From NCBI GenBank assembly GCA_964035545.1, contig OZ037767.1:29900628-29964627 (forward strand): 64,000 nt of DNA. The letters run 5' to 3'. The notes under the pieces were generated by a model. It worked only from the letters and a program-made list of their open reading frames with translations. It was not told the DNA's origin and searched no databases. Below, piece after piece: positions 1-12,979 of the stretch. The first letter of the stretch is position 1. The number at the start of each line of letters is the position of its first letter. The position numbers and the translations under genes were made by a program. This stretch comes from Bugula neritina (taxonomy: Eukaryota; Animalia; Bryozoa).

Positions 1-176
1 TATTGGCTAAGATCAAAGTGTAGTATCTGTTCTAATCAGTTTAATATCTGATTCGTGGCACATTGTGTCACTATGATATTAATCTGATTTTTGTAACTGG
101 ATGGAGCGCAGAAGCTTGCTTCGGCTCTGTCACGGGTTGTCTTGGTATTGCAGTACCTCCAAGTACGGCCCACCTC
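1..176 (+). ncRNA. RNU2: U2 spliceosomal snRNA (5' end cut off by the window edge)
   Basis: GGCTAAGATCAAAGTGTAGTATCTGTTC includes the branch-point-pairing GTAGTA. Stem IIa AATCAG-TTTAATAT-CTGATT, stem IIb GTGGCAC-ATT-GTGTCAC, Sm site GATTTTTG and stem-IV loop TATTGCAGTA are all present. Confidence 0.97.
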
Positions 177-341
177 CCCACAGTGGGGAGAATAATTTAA
201 AACAATAATATAATAAAGTAATAACCGTTCTGCGATCATTGTCCCTCTAATAATGAGTCAAATCTCGACCTGTGGCTTACATGCTATCCGAGAGAATAAC
301 TCTCTGTATTCTCGCTTGTTACAAAAAGCTTTCTTTATTAG

Positions 342-3300
342 GTAAACTGGATGCCATGAGAGATGTTTACAATAGCCTAATTGATCAAACGGGTGGTAAG
401 CTGTAATTATTTTCTATAATTATTAGATGGTATTTAAAAAGGAAACGTTTCTCCCTGCTCTATAGTGGTAAACTTACAATACTTTCTTAAATTTGCATTT
501 AGATACTCAACCTGAAATGATTTTCTCACCATGCACAGGTGATGGCTCGCACCTGAGACTACCTACCATACTTGCTGCATATTTTAGAGACTATACAGTT
601 CCTCTCAGAGACTTACCAAATGGCGCTAAAGTTGAGTTTCTCAACGCAGAGGGGGTTTCACTGCACTGTCAAGATTCCAAAGAACTGTGATATATCTGAT
701 CTACCATCAGAGTTTATAAAAGTCAGCAAAGGAAAGGGGGTCTATACTATGACTACAGACAAACTGGTGTGTTGGAAGCCAATATTTCGATTGGGCTACA
801 AATAATATTGAGTAAAATACGGGTTTTCTGTCACATAGCAGCAACTGAAAGTTTTAACATAATTCAGCTATCATGTGCAAGTTTGGCACTATACTTGTAT
901 ACATCGCTTTATCGTTTATGTGATATATCTCTTGGTTTGGGGTTAAGATCGATTAAGTTTTTTTTCCCTAAGCTAGATATTAATGTTGAAGAGGCACTAA
1001 TAAATCAACATTAAATATACATTGTGTCAGACACTATAAGGTTATAGTGTCAATAAATGTAATTTATATTTTGAAATTTTTGAGCTATATTCGTTCTATG
1101 ATTGGCCCAAGCCAGTGCTGAAATACTGATAGTTGTGTATGTTTAAGAATATAATATAAGTCCTGCCTTTGTTTGGAATTTGACTAAACATATGTGTGCA
1201 TTTTCAGGTTATTCTGAACGGTAAGGAAAGTTTGGTTAATATTTACTTCTTGTTTGGATATTTCAAGTTTGTTGTTTTAGCACTCAAACCAAGCTATTAA
1301 ATCAAATACCCTGTTCTAAATTTATTGGGTAGAAACCTTTCTTATGCAACTGCCATAGACTACTTTTTATAATTCAACACCGATCTATGGTATGTATTAT
1401 TGTACATAATATTTTGTAATTTACCTTTGAGCTTTTTCAAAAAAGTTTAAAATTTGAAGAAGTTGAGCTGTCGGATATTAGCCACTTACAGGCTTGGTAT
1501 AAGTTTATTCCATTATTAATTATTGATTTCTATATTTATTTTAGCAAGAATATCAGAGTGCCTGGACTCCATCTATAATTTATCCAACAGGTAATATCAG
1601 TAGCTTTTCAATTTAATAATACAGAATCTGCAATAATAGTATTTATATATGATATAAAGTGGCTGTATTGATTTTCAAGTAGGCTAAAGTTTACAATACT
1701 TTATTGAATGCATATTCATATAAATTACATGCACAAAAGACACACATATAATGTACATATGTATTACATATGATACCTATATTACTTATATGTTGTGTAA
1801 ATATATATTATATAATATGTTACAGAATTGTGGCCCTACTGCTGTCAGAGGTTCACCAAGAAATACCGTGTCTCAACAGTTTAGTCTATGCTATTGGCTA
1901 TCTGGATATGTTAGTATCTTTAGCTTCAGTGTCCAGACAAACTGATTATGGTAAGTATATATACACATATAATAATATTAAAGCTACAGTAATTTAGATA
2001 TGCTTATATTTGATTTGTATGAACAGCTCTTCTGGGGTTATTTGATTTATAAAGAAAAATTATTTTTTTGGAAGCTCCTAGTTTCCTATTGGCTGATGTA
2101 TTATAAGTTAAAATTAAATACCATGAAGTTAATTATGGTATAAAAAGTGACACAATCTGATGAGTTTATAGAAATATTATTCTATAATCTCACTTGCGGT
2201 TGTCTCCACTATGTGTAGAAGGTTACCACTAGATATATATCAATCAGTATAATATACTATTCTATTTGATTGTAGTCCGACCTGAGATTGGAGAGATCTT
2301 TGCTGTCAAGGCAGCGAGACACCCAGTAGCTGAAGCCAGCTGTGCTACTCCGGTTGTGCCCAACGATTTGGTAAGTTTCCTGTCTGATATTATATTACAT
2401 TATGTCTGTATCATATTAAGTGTCAATTGTAATAATAATATGTGTACTCATTATTACACTATGTCTATGTTATATTCTCTATGATATTGTAATAGTAGTA
2501 CATGTAAGCAAATATATTACTTCAATTACTCTGTGTATATTGAAACTTTAATCAATTTTAATAAACTCGACTCTTACTCTATGTTTTAGTATTTGACACC
2601 AGATTCCAACTTTATGATCATCACTGGAGCCAATAATGTAAGACTCTCTTCTCCTATCTGCTTTCAAACACTCATTTATATTCACTTTTTGCTCAAACTT
2701 GCCGACAAGAAATAAAAAAGTTGTTATGCTTTCTGCTGAGCTAATAGGTTTTTTGTAAACCTATTTATTGAGCTCCAGGTTTTTGTTTTTGCAGTCACTG
2801 AGTGTTTGGCAGCATTTATGTACTTCTTTCTCAATCTCGTATTTTTACAGCTGAAGTGTATATTATACTATATAACAATAAATTTCTCACTTGTCTCTTT
2901 TATATGATATTTCAGCTCTACTATATTTTATTTTTGAGTGCTACTAACTTATTCAACTGTTTTCCTAGTCTGTGATTGGCATAGCTATTATTCAGATATA
3001 TGGCTAGCAAAGCTATCATATAGATGTATATCCAGTGTAGTTTGTATGGCTCATAGCAAATGCTGTTGCGTTTTGTTATACAGAGCGGCAAATCTTTCTA
3101 CCTGCGCACCATAGCAGTGATCCAGGTGATGGCTCAGATCGGCTGCTTTGTTCCGGCAGCATTTGCTATGATCCGAATATGTGACCAGCTGTTTTCTAGA
3201 ATAGGCAGCGACCACTCACTTAGTCATATGGAGTCGTCTTTCACTGTAGAGGTGTGTCTGCATTACTCATAGGTTTGTCAGCAGCTTAGGTTTCTACTTT

Positions 3301-6300
3301 CTACTGATTAACCTAAACAAGGGTAGGCAACTTCTTGAGGGTTTTTATTATACACACTTGCCTTCAACACTAGCTGCGTGTATGGTAGTGATTCCATTTT
3401 TGAAAGTTATAGCAAAAATTAAAAAGATTGTTTTTAGTTGAAACAAACATGTTTTGTTTAACGAGATGAGCTAAATTATTATTGGCTAAATAAATTTCTC
3501 TTTAGCTGCTAAATGTAAACTTGTGGCACTCATCACTATAAACAGTTTCACAAGTTTTAAATAAAAGTTTCAAAAATATTATTTATGATTTTTTGTGTGA
3601 GGATCTGCAGTAATAATTTAGTTTCTGCCTGTTTGGAGTTTCATTCCCACCTTCATACAATGTTCTCCAATGTTTTGATACATGCACCTTTCAACCTTGA
3701 GTCATATCTAAGGCACTTTGTAAAGTATACTGAAAAACTAATTTTCCCATTTATTTATTTTATTCTTTTGTAATATAACATTTGCTCCAACATAAATATG
3801 TTAACACAATTTTGTAGATGAAGGAGATATCATTTGTATTGAAGCACAAAACGCCAACTGCTCTGGTCATACTAGACGAGCTGTGTAGAGGGACTTCAGC
3901 TGTAGAGGCTGTTGATATTTGCTTCTCTATTTGTCAGCAGTTTCTCAAAATGTCTGTATGTTTATTGAGAGTTATTACTGCAGTAGTTATCTTCCCTTTC
4001 TATACAGGTTCTATAATATAATATACATACAAACTGCATTTAGATGTTAAGAGTTATAAAACTCCTGGCATGTCTTATGAAATCACACTCTGGCAGCAAT
4101 TATTTGATGTAAACTAATCATAAATAGTTTATAAGCTGCTTTGTTCTATTATAATAGTGAGACTAATTTAAACTCTATATTGAACATTCTGCATTTCTAT
4201 AAGAATCATTACCAGAGCATATGTCAAGTTTCTCATATGTTTTAGGCTTTCACATTATTTGCTACTCACTTTAAGGAGTTGTGTCAACTTGAAACTGCTC
4301 ACAGCAATTGCACCAAGTGAGTATCATCGCTGTTTTTGTGTTTAGTTTCAAATTTACTCATAAAACTTTTTTTTCATTTCACGCTAATATAACAAAAGTT
4401 TTAAATTACATTTGACTATTTAAAAACTTGCGCAACTGCATGGGCCAGCACGTGCCTCTATGTTACAGCAGGTGCTTGTATGTTACAGCAAGTGCTTGTA
4501 TGTTGCAGCAAGTGCTTGTATGTTGCAGCAAGTGCTTGTATGTTGCAGCAAGTGCTTGTATGTTACAGTTACTGCTTTGTGACTCAGTATGAGAGCCCAA
4601 AATCCGGAAGTTTTGCTCAAAAAATTATAAATGATCACAAACTGAAGCGTGGAGTAGCCAGAGCCTCAAGATACGGTAAATATTACTTCTATACCAATTC
4701 ATGATAAATCTATATGGTGCAACAGTCTAATCAACTGGAAGCTCCATGTTATGTAACTTATTAATAATATGGAATTATTCAAATTGTTTCTAATATTACC
4801 TAATGCTATGATGTGTGCATTATTATTAAATTAATGTAACTACAATTTAGCTTAGAAGGCCAATGGAACAGATTTTTCGGTTGAAACATTAACAAGTCGA
4901 TAGCGTTGTGTCCAGTTAGTGGCAGCTGAGAGCCTTGCCTTGAATCAGGAAATATCATAACTCAGATGTAATATTCCTTTAGGTTTGAAACTCGCTGCTA
5001 CCATGAACTTCCCTGAAAAAGTAATAAAAAATGCTTTTGCTATTGCTGATAGGTTGGACAGAGTCCACACTCAGGTAGAAATATATTATACTCTTGTAAC
5101 GTTCTACTTAAAACTGTGCTGAATCAATAGTTTGTCTTTTTGGCCGCAGGAATTTTCTATTAACTGTTAAATCTGGAAAAAGAAGTCAGTGAGTTACCTA
5201 TATTAATCACCTTGTTGATTCAAGAAAGCAATTGTGATTATTTGACAGAATTTCTTTACATGAGAGGAATTAAACCGCGGAGTTTAGCATAGTTCTAACT
5301 TAGATTTATGTACTTTATTTTTTTCAGCAATAAGTATAGTCAAATGCTTTAAGCATGTCGGCTTCTACTGGCACACTTCACTACAATTTCCTATATTGCC
5401 AGTATTTTTGCTACTGAGTTGATGTTGCTTGCTTCATTGTTATGCTGTGCCGCGGAGAGCAAAGTTGATGCTGATTGACTAATTTTCGATCATGAGTTTA
5501 CTTCTATGTATGTGTGTTTGGCTCATTAACAGTTTTTGGCATTTCAGCAACTTAATGGCTCTTGCACCTCAGACGGTAGTAGTGATGGTGATAGGCTGTA
5601 TTCAAAGATATACGATGAGATTCTACTCATAGCTAAGCATGGTGCATCATTAGCTGAGAAAAGCACATCTCTGCAGGGTTTACAGAGTAAATACATGGCC
5701 CAGGTTCGACAGCTGCAGGTAAAAGTATAGTCTTATTTTGTTGTAATCAAACGTCTTTGTTTTCAGTATAGTTGCCATATTTATAGACTGTACCAATAGT
5801 TATTATATATTATGGTAATTATGAAACCCACATGCATATTTAACTCGATAATAGGTTTAATAGGTTATAATGGATACAGGGAGACATTAGAAATATTGCA
5901 TACACATGTTATCTATAAATTTTGAATGTTATATATTTTTAATAAAACTTCAACTTTCTTAACTAACCAGAAGCCTATCTATAATATATACTCGACATTC
6001 TAGGAACATGAGAAAAGCCGAGGCCGAGTAAAAGATTCTGTTAGCACAAGCCCGTTTAATGACCACGTGTTCACTCGGATGGAAAGTTCATCTATGGCTT
6101 CCGTAAGAAGTGATACAAACAGCCCTGCAGCTCCTATTGAAGGATTTCAACTAAACCATTCACCCTGTACAACTGAAGTCGTAGAGACATCTTCTGGGAA
6201 TCTGCTGCCTCCAGATAACGGCAGTCAGCACTTCTGTCAGCCAGCTGCAGATCCTTCTTTTAGTGATAGAGTAGGGAGCGCAAGTGTAAGCTCAGTAAGA

Positions 6301-7764
6301 CATGCTTCTACTGAGGCTGCTAGAAAATCAAATGAATCAGACCCCCGAAATGGCTCTAATGAAATGGCTGAGGCACATTTAAATAGCTCTGTGAGTGCAT
6401 CATTAGCTGATCAACTCTTCACTCCTTCCATTAGAAATGAAGCAAATATTGCCCTGAAGAATAAAGATTTGCCTCGGAGAGGTTCTGCTAAAAGTGTGTT
6501 TGGTTTTGATGTCTTCTCGAATAAAGGTGAGAGAGTTAGTGCCCCGTCAATATCAGAGCGTTCTGCTTGTCTAGACTCACAGTCTCATGTTGATCTCTCA
6601 TCAATAGAAAAATCTGGATCCCTGGTTTACCTCCAGCATAGCGCTATTTCCTCCCCTCAGGCTGTGCACAGAGCATCCACCAGGAAATCTCGTGATCCGA
6701 ATTCTCCCAGTCAATGGAGGAGAGTCCTCGACGTTCGAAGTAGTCGGGCAAGCAACTCCAATCTCTCTTTCAATATAAATGACTCGCATGAGTCTGTGGA
6801 TATCATTCAGCAGATCATGGAGAATAACCGAGGAACCTCCGAAGAAGAGCATCCAGAATGGGCTAGTCTCGTAAAGCAAACAGCTAATTCCGCTTACAAC
6901 AGTCCCATTTCTTTATCAATTATCATGAAAGAACCTCTTGCAGACCAAAACCTGTTCAACACAAGAAACAATAATTCTAAATTATTGGTGAGTGGTAAAA
7001 GCTCTGAACTATCATACGCAGTTGAGAGGGAAGACAATCACTTGAATCATTCAATGCAGCTGGAGTCCTGCAAGTCATTAGCAAACAGAACCCCAAGTGA
7101 ACCCGTACCAGAGGATAAGCCTACCTCTGCTTCCTCACTATCCTCATCAGCCCTGGGAGAAAATTTAATGTCTTGTTTTGAGTTTAATCTGAAAACTAGC
7201 GACTCACAATTGATGGTGCAGAAGGAAATAGGCGTTATGGATAGAACTGATATCTCTATAGCAAACATCTCTCCCATACCAGTTTGTCTCGGCTCTAACA
7301 TTTTCCAGGGACCTACGGACCAAGTAGAAAAACCAACAGAGCTCTTGGCTTCAAGTAAGGAGCCCAAAGCCAAAAGTGTTACCTTTGCTGCTAATGAAAC
7401 AATCATCAGTCAAAAGACGCTACCTGAGAAAAGAGAAGGTACTCCTGCGGCAAAGATACTGAAACAAGATGTTAATACACAAAAAGTCAGTGCCCCGTAT
7501 GCCGAGCCTTGTGTAAACTTGAATAAAACCATGCAATATGCTGGAACGTCTAGCCAGTCTGAAAGCAGTCATATGTCTGTATCATGTGAAGATCAGAAAA
7601 GTAAACCAGCTTCAGTTATCCCAGTCTCGTCACTCTGCAGTCAACCTCAGGTGAAAATGGAGCTTGTTGATGAATTGCTTAGCTTTAGTCAACAATCCAT
7701 GAATGATGCAAATTTGCAGAATAAACAGACATGCTTTTCAGATATTAAAGTTGAACTAAAATAA
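342..7764 (+). CDS. MSH4: MutS homolog 4 (meiotic MutS-gamma subunit), 3' part; multi-exon
   Basis: Phase-compatible GT-AG exons: 342-395, 588-766, 1208-1220, 1545-1590, 1826-1950, 2276-2370, 2590-2637, 3084-3251, 3818-3955, 4246-4316, 4569-4675, 4983-5074, 5548-5718, 6004-7764. Motifs LPSEFIK, DYVRPE, ITGANNSGKS (Walker A), MAQIGCFVPA, LDELCRGT and AFTLFATHF follow MSH4 order. Confidence 0.9.
4461..4568 (+). repeat. 20-bp minisatellite (TGTTRCAGCAAGTGCTTGTA), ~5.4 copies, ending at an MSH4 acceptor
   Basis: Direct tandem copies. The AG of the last TGTTACAG (4567-4568) is the acceptor of exon 4569-4675. Confidence 0.9.
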
Positions 7765-8907
7765 AGAGTCATCTGCCCACAGACTTGTATGAATTTCTTG
7801 GCAATTTCTATGTATTTGAGAAAGCCTTCGGGTTGATAATTTTATTTTATTGTTGGATATTATGTGACTTTAAACTTTTTCTAAGACTTTCAAGGTTTGA
7901 AAGATATAAATAGCTAATTTTTTACACATTGTTCTGATTTAATGCAATAAAACTATTTTATTATTTCAAGCAGTAGACTGATGATAGGTATTTTAGCTGT
8001 GGGGTAGTGGCATTCAGATACACATGCACTCAACTAGCTACTTCATAGAACTACATGTCTTGTTTGCTATTCAATCATGAAGAAGTATGTTTCACTTTTA
8101 AAGTAATAGTTTCGATAAAAAGTATCATTAATTTTTGTTGAATGGCAGAATTTTTGATAACAGATCAAGCAAGCTTCGTAGAACACCTGTATGCTCTGCA
8201 CAGTATTCTAATGTTCGTCTGGAGAGCAATATCTAAGAATACTGGTCACCCGCCTATTTCTAGCTTGATGACTTACACCAGAATAATTGTTACTATAACT
8301 CTGCTTTTCCAATATATAAAATATGATTATAACTTATAAATTAATATAAATGCTCATTAATTTATGCAAAAGAGTAAATCAAGTTATTTTTGCAATAAAA
8401 ACACACAAGCCACCATCTAAAATAGTTATTATATTACGAGACAGAACTATTCTGCAAAGTAAAACAACGTGCATATCATAATTATACATGCTAGACAGTC
8501 AAGACTTACAAGAATATTATAAAATAATTTTACATGTCAAATTGGAAAAGTCCATAGTTACATAATATACTTGAGTTATAAATACTGTATTGCAGACAAA
8601 ACTGCTCTAAAAATTCTACAACATTATTGAAGTAAAATGTACAAGCTTGTTATAAAAATATACAAATTAAACCAAAATAATTTAAAAACTATATTCTCAA
8701 TCATCAAATTGAGCTGATATTAGATGTATCTACACGTGCGGTTGTTGTAGGTTAAAATCAGCTAGACAGGCTTGTTAATCACATTTCATAAAAAATCATT
8801 AAAAAGCATCATGTAAAAACTAATCGTTAAAATGCACATTGTAAAACTGATTAGAATGAAATATATACCGAAACAGGGTGAGTCAACTCCAACAATTGGT
8901 CAGCGCT

Positions 8908-10235
8908 TTAAGCAATGGTAGGCTTCAGGTGAGTTTTAGTAAGTCCAATATAGCTGTCATGTTTAAGTCTGCAATGCTTCATGAAGACATGGATTGAGGA
9001 TGTGCTGTGTAAACAGCCTTTAACTAAGCATTGGTAAGATGGACGTTTGCCAGGAATAACAATTGCATGACTAACGTAATGCCTATGCAGTTTCAATTGG
9101 TCCTCCACAGTAAACTTACAGCTCAGACATTTATAGAGTTGGGTAGGGCAGCTTTCAGAGGAAGAACCCTGGGATGCAGTTTCACTTTCCAAATCACATT
9201 TCAGTTTATCTTCTACATGCCATCTTTTCACGTGACTCTGGAGGCGACCGGCAGTAACATCAAAGTAGCTGCAATAGTTACATTTGAATCGCTTGTCTAC
9301 CTTGCCAGACGTGGAGGTGGAGGTTGTGCCGAGGGTCTCTGTGCCATGGCTCTTGGTAATGTGAGTTCGCAGACGAATCTTATTCAGAGTCTGATAGTCG
9401 CACTGATCACAAGTGTGAACTAATTTTTTGACTGTCTTCTGATTGGAGGCCTTAGGCTGCCGGACTGTTTTATATTTCGAGAACTGCTGTTCGGCTTGAG
9501 ATGATGGCACTGCAAAGCTGGTCATAGCTGACTCAGCTTTGCAGCCTGGAAAAGGAGCCTTGAGTGCAGTGTAACTTGAAGTCGAGTTGGCGCAGAGAGA
9601 ACTAACATTAGTGTTCCCACTCATGTCCGACTGTTTGGAATCAATGTCACGCTTTGTTTGCGGTGGCCATAGTTTGGTTATTGCCGAATTACTCTCACTC
9701 ACACGCTTCACAGTTGCTAAAAATAAACATTAACCAAATATAAAGCTATCTTCCATTAAAACAATATAATAATACAGCCCATGTCAGCAAACTCGGCACT
9801 TAAAAAAAAATTAATTTAAGTAAATAAGTGAACATCTACTCAGAATAGAGTTGAGAGGTGAACCTATTATTTACCTTCAATATAAGTGAGCATGTGAACT
9901 GCTTTTGACAGATTTAGCTTTATAGATCTTCCTTTGCCACCTAAAATCAAGATTAAAATGTCTCATTTATAGGCGGCAAACGTTTTTGGCAGCAATACCA
10001 AATTTGCAATGCAATTATATTAACTTGCTAGAAAAACTAAGAGGGAGATAGAATTTTCTCATTATAACTTACACTATCAGTACAACTTACACTCTTACTA
10101 TAACCCACACTATCAGTAAACTGGGTGTATACATAACTTAGCTAAATCTGTCTAAAATAATCAAAATAAGCTTTGTCATTCAATAATTTGCTGTAATTTT
10201 GTTAAAAGATATACTTGCTTACCGTTTTCAGCCAT
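8908..10235 (-). CDS. C2H2 zinc-finger protein (~295 aa, 4 fingers)
   Basis: Exons 10235-10223 (ATG GCT GAA AAC G|GTAAGC), 9940-9875 and 9716-8908. Fingers: CDQC..HITKSH, CNYC..HVKRWH, CLSC..HYVSH, CLVKGC..HCRLKH. Confidence 0.8.
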
Positions 10236-10689
10236 TTGATAACTTTTAGTTATATCTTCAAGCAGTGGATTTCAATTCTACACTTCGCCGCAGCTAGTAA
10301 ATACAAAAACAAACATGAAAAAAAGCTTAACTTCAACAGTTTGACCGTCATATTTACAGTTCAAGCTTCATTCATCATTAACAAAGCACATAGTGTAACG
10401 GATTTTAAAGTTCTAGTAATTATATCCCGTCACTATTATAATTGACTTTGCGTAACTTTTTGAATGCTGTTAAATGTTGTAATTATAGCTAAGCTCTTTG
10501 CTTAGCTTTCTAATGCCTTAAGTATCGTAATTATAGCTAAGCTTTTAGCCCAGTGAATAGGGTAATGATTGTGAATTGCCTTGCCTATTTTTGTTTGTTT
10601 ATAAAATACTGTAATAGTTTTTGTTGAGTTGTTTAACTACACTTATAACTTAAACTATTACCATTACGGTGTGAGTATGTATGAGTATT

Positions 10690-11060
10690 AGTTTATGCAG
10701 ACACATTGTGGGATCCGACTAACAAAAGTGCCTGTGAGGAAATTGAACAAGTTCAAAATCAAGCCATCAGGTTTATTGCTAACCTCAAAGGAAGATGTGG
10801 CATCAGTGATGCTCGAACTGAATTGCAGCTTAAAACTCTTGCGAGCAGACGAAGAGACCATAGAATAACTTTGTTAATGAGGATACTCTCAGATGAAGAG
10901 CGCCATGAAAGGCTTTCATCTGCTTACGATGAACTATTAAATTCAAATCGATCAATAAACCTTCGATCTGCTAAGAGAGGAGAACCAACATCAATTTCTG
11001 CATCCTCACAGACCTTTCACAACAGTTTTCTCCATTGAAGCATTAGAGATTAAGATTTGA
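10690..11060 (+). mobile_element. 5'-truncated, decayed non-LTR retrotransposon (LINE) ORF2 C-terminal fragment
   Basis: YADTLWDP..IEQVQNQAIRFI..LQLKTLASRR..FHNSFLH*SIRD resembles the post-RT tail (YASSVWDP..E.VQ..A.RF..L..RR..SF.PRTIRDW) of CR1/L2-like elements. It has an in-frame stop and no RT core. Confidence 0.75.
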
Positions 11061-11280
11061 GGACATCACCTCTTAACACAAGCTCAGCTTAGCTATCACT
11101 ATGTGCTAAAACTCCTTTACATTACAATTAAAATATCCAAACTTAGCTACATGCTAGACTAGATACATTTCAACACATGATATACCCTAACAAAAACAAC
11201 ATAAGAGCCCAGAGGCACTCATAATTTTGCGTCTGTAGGTGTTACTGTTAGCAGAGTGTTCTCATTTTTATGAGGTGAGT

Positions 11281-11550
11281 TACTATTACTATTAGTATTA
11301 GTATTACTATTAGTATTAGTATTACTATTAGTATTAGTATTACTATTAGTATTAGTATTAGTCGTATTATTAGTATTACTATTTCAGTACCTGAATAACT
11401 ATAACTATAAGTATAAGTATAACTGAACTAATAATAAATCTGTAAGTATATTAATACTACAACTACAAGTATAAGTATAACTTATAAGTTATAACTATAG
11501 GTATAAGTATTAGATTTAGTATAACTATAAGTATAAGTATACGTATAAAC
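11281..11550. repeat. Hexamer microsatellite/low-complexity tract (TATTAG/TATTAC, then ATAAGT/ATAACT)
   Basis: Visible 6-bp periodicity. Confidence 0.85.
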
Positions 11551-11754
11551 ATAAGAAGTAATCCCACTCTACCTGGACTCGCGGAGCTCCAACTGTGTGG
11601 GCCAAGTTAAAGTTTATAAAAATTATTGCATTTAATTTTATTTTTAATATTATGAAAATTATAGTTTTAACTTTCACTTTGAGTTTCAACTTGCAAATGT
11701 CAATTTGAGTTTATGACTGAAGGTGATTGAATCGCTAGACTTAGAAAGCACTAC

Positions 11755-11966
11755 ACTTACCCTAGTACGTTAGAACTCGAGGTCTGTAAGTAAAATATTG
11801 ATTACATCAACATGAGCTCCGAACTCAAACTACGCGGGGCGAGGTTGCCTACTAGATTAGCGTCTTTAGAACTTCTGATTGGCTGTGAAAAGTTGCAATA
11901 CCCAATTAAATGAGTTAGCTAGGCTATTTTATATTATTTCGCCCAGTGCCGTCTTTCCAGGTAATT
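11755..11966. promoter_or_regulatory. Putative bidirectional promoter core and first non-coding exons of the ZnF gene (-) and PPIL4 (+)
   Basis: Locally GC-richer stretch with an inverted CCAAT box (CTGATTGGCT, ~11875). Outward-facing donors lie on each side: minus-strand GG|GTAAGT (~11760) and plus-strand CAG|GTAATT (11961). Confidence 0.5.
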
Positions 11967-12469
11967 ATTGTAATGAAATGACTCTAATATAGTACGGTAT
12001 CTGTCAATATCATATACTATGGCAACAGAGCAAATTATATTCAATTTATATTATAATTTTTTATAATTATTGATTATCGTTGTAAAAACTTCAGCTGTAA
12101 TAAGTTTTAGATTAAGTCATGCCCTGAAACGTATTAGTTATGGAACCCGCACTATGGTTGGTGGGACTTTTCTTCAAGTCAGTTTTGGTCCAATAAAAAA
12201 AACTGTTGTTAAATTATCCTTGTGTTAGCGCATCAATTTTTATAACTTCTAAGTTTGCGATATAAAGATCCTCTCCAGTTATCAGAATGATAATCATAAT
12301 GATGAAATTGTGTAGCCTCACTAGACTGCCGTTACAGTGGCTTTACTTTACAGTTTATACTTATAGCAGGTTTAATCGATTTCATATCTAAGTGTGATAC
12401 TGATAAGATAAGTGATAATTTTTTCTTGATTTTTATCATTATAATTATGTCTTATTAATTTACTATCGT

Positions 12470-12750
12470 ACCGGTACTCATACTCAATCCATAGTGATAG
12501 TGATAGTCATACTCATACTCATAGTCATAGTCTGATAGTGATAGTCAGTACTCAGTAGCCATTGAGCACTGAGAGTATGACTATGAGTATCAGTATTAGT
12601 ATCTTAGTTACTATTAATATGAGTATTATTATCAGTATCACTATCAGTATGAGTTTAGAGTTGAAAACCAAAATAAAACTGAACGTGATACTCATAGTCC
12701 TACTGATACTGGTAGTGACACTCATCCTGAATATCAATACAACAATATGA
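12470..12750. repeat. Degenerate hexamer tract (ACTCAT/AGTGAT/AGTATT)
   Basis: 6-bp periodicity; produces the spurious Ile/Ser ORFs at 12552-12750. Confidence 0.8.
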
Positions 12751-12979
12751 ATATGGATAAACTTGAAGGTTGTTTTGCAGTTGTATAGTTATAATACTGA
12801 AATTAAATTAATTCATTAGTTATCACGTGATTTTACAGTTATTGTTGAACCTAAGGCTAATATTATAGTTAAACTTTGTCTATTCGCTTGGAAATTGTTA
12901 TGATTGTATTGATTTGCAGTCCGTGAAATTCAAACATTGAATTGCTGTCAAAAATCATCCCTTTCATCTCAGGACAAGC

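Noticed and set aside
36-239. 67-aa minus-strand ORF
   Set aside because: It is antisense to the U2 snRNA gene and has no coding features.
6601-9423. Antisense ORFs 6601-6879, 7047-7406 and 9031-9423
   Set aside because: They are shadows of real coding exons on the opposite strand.
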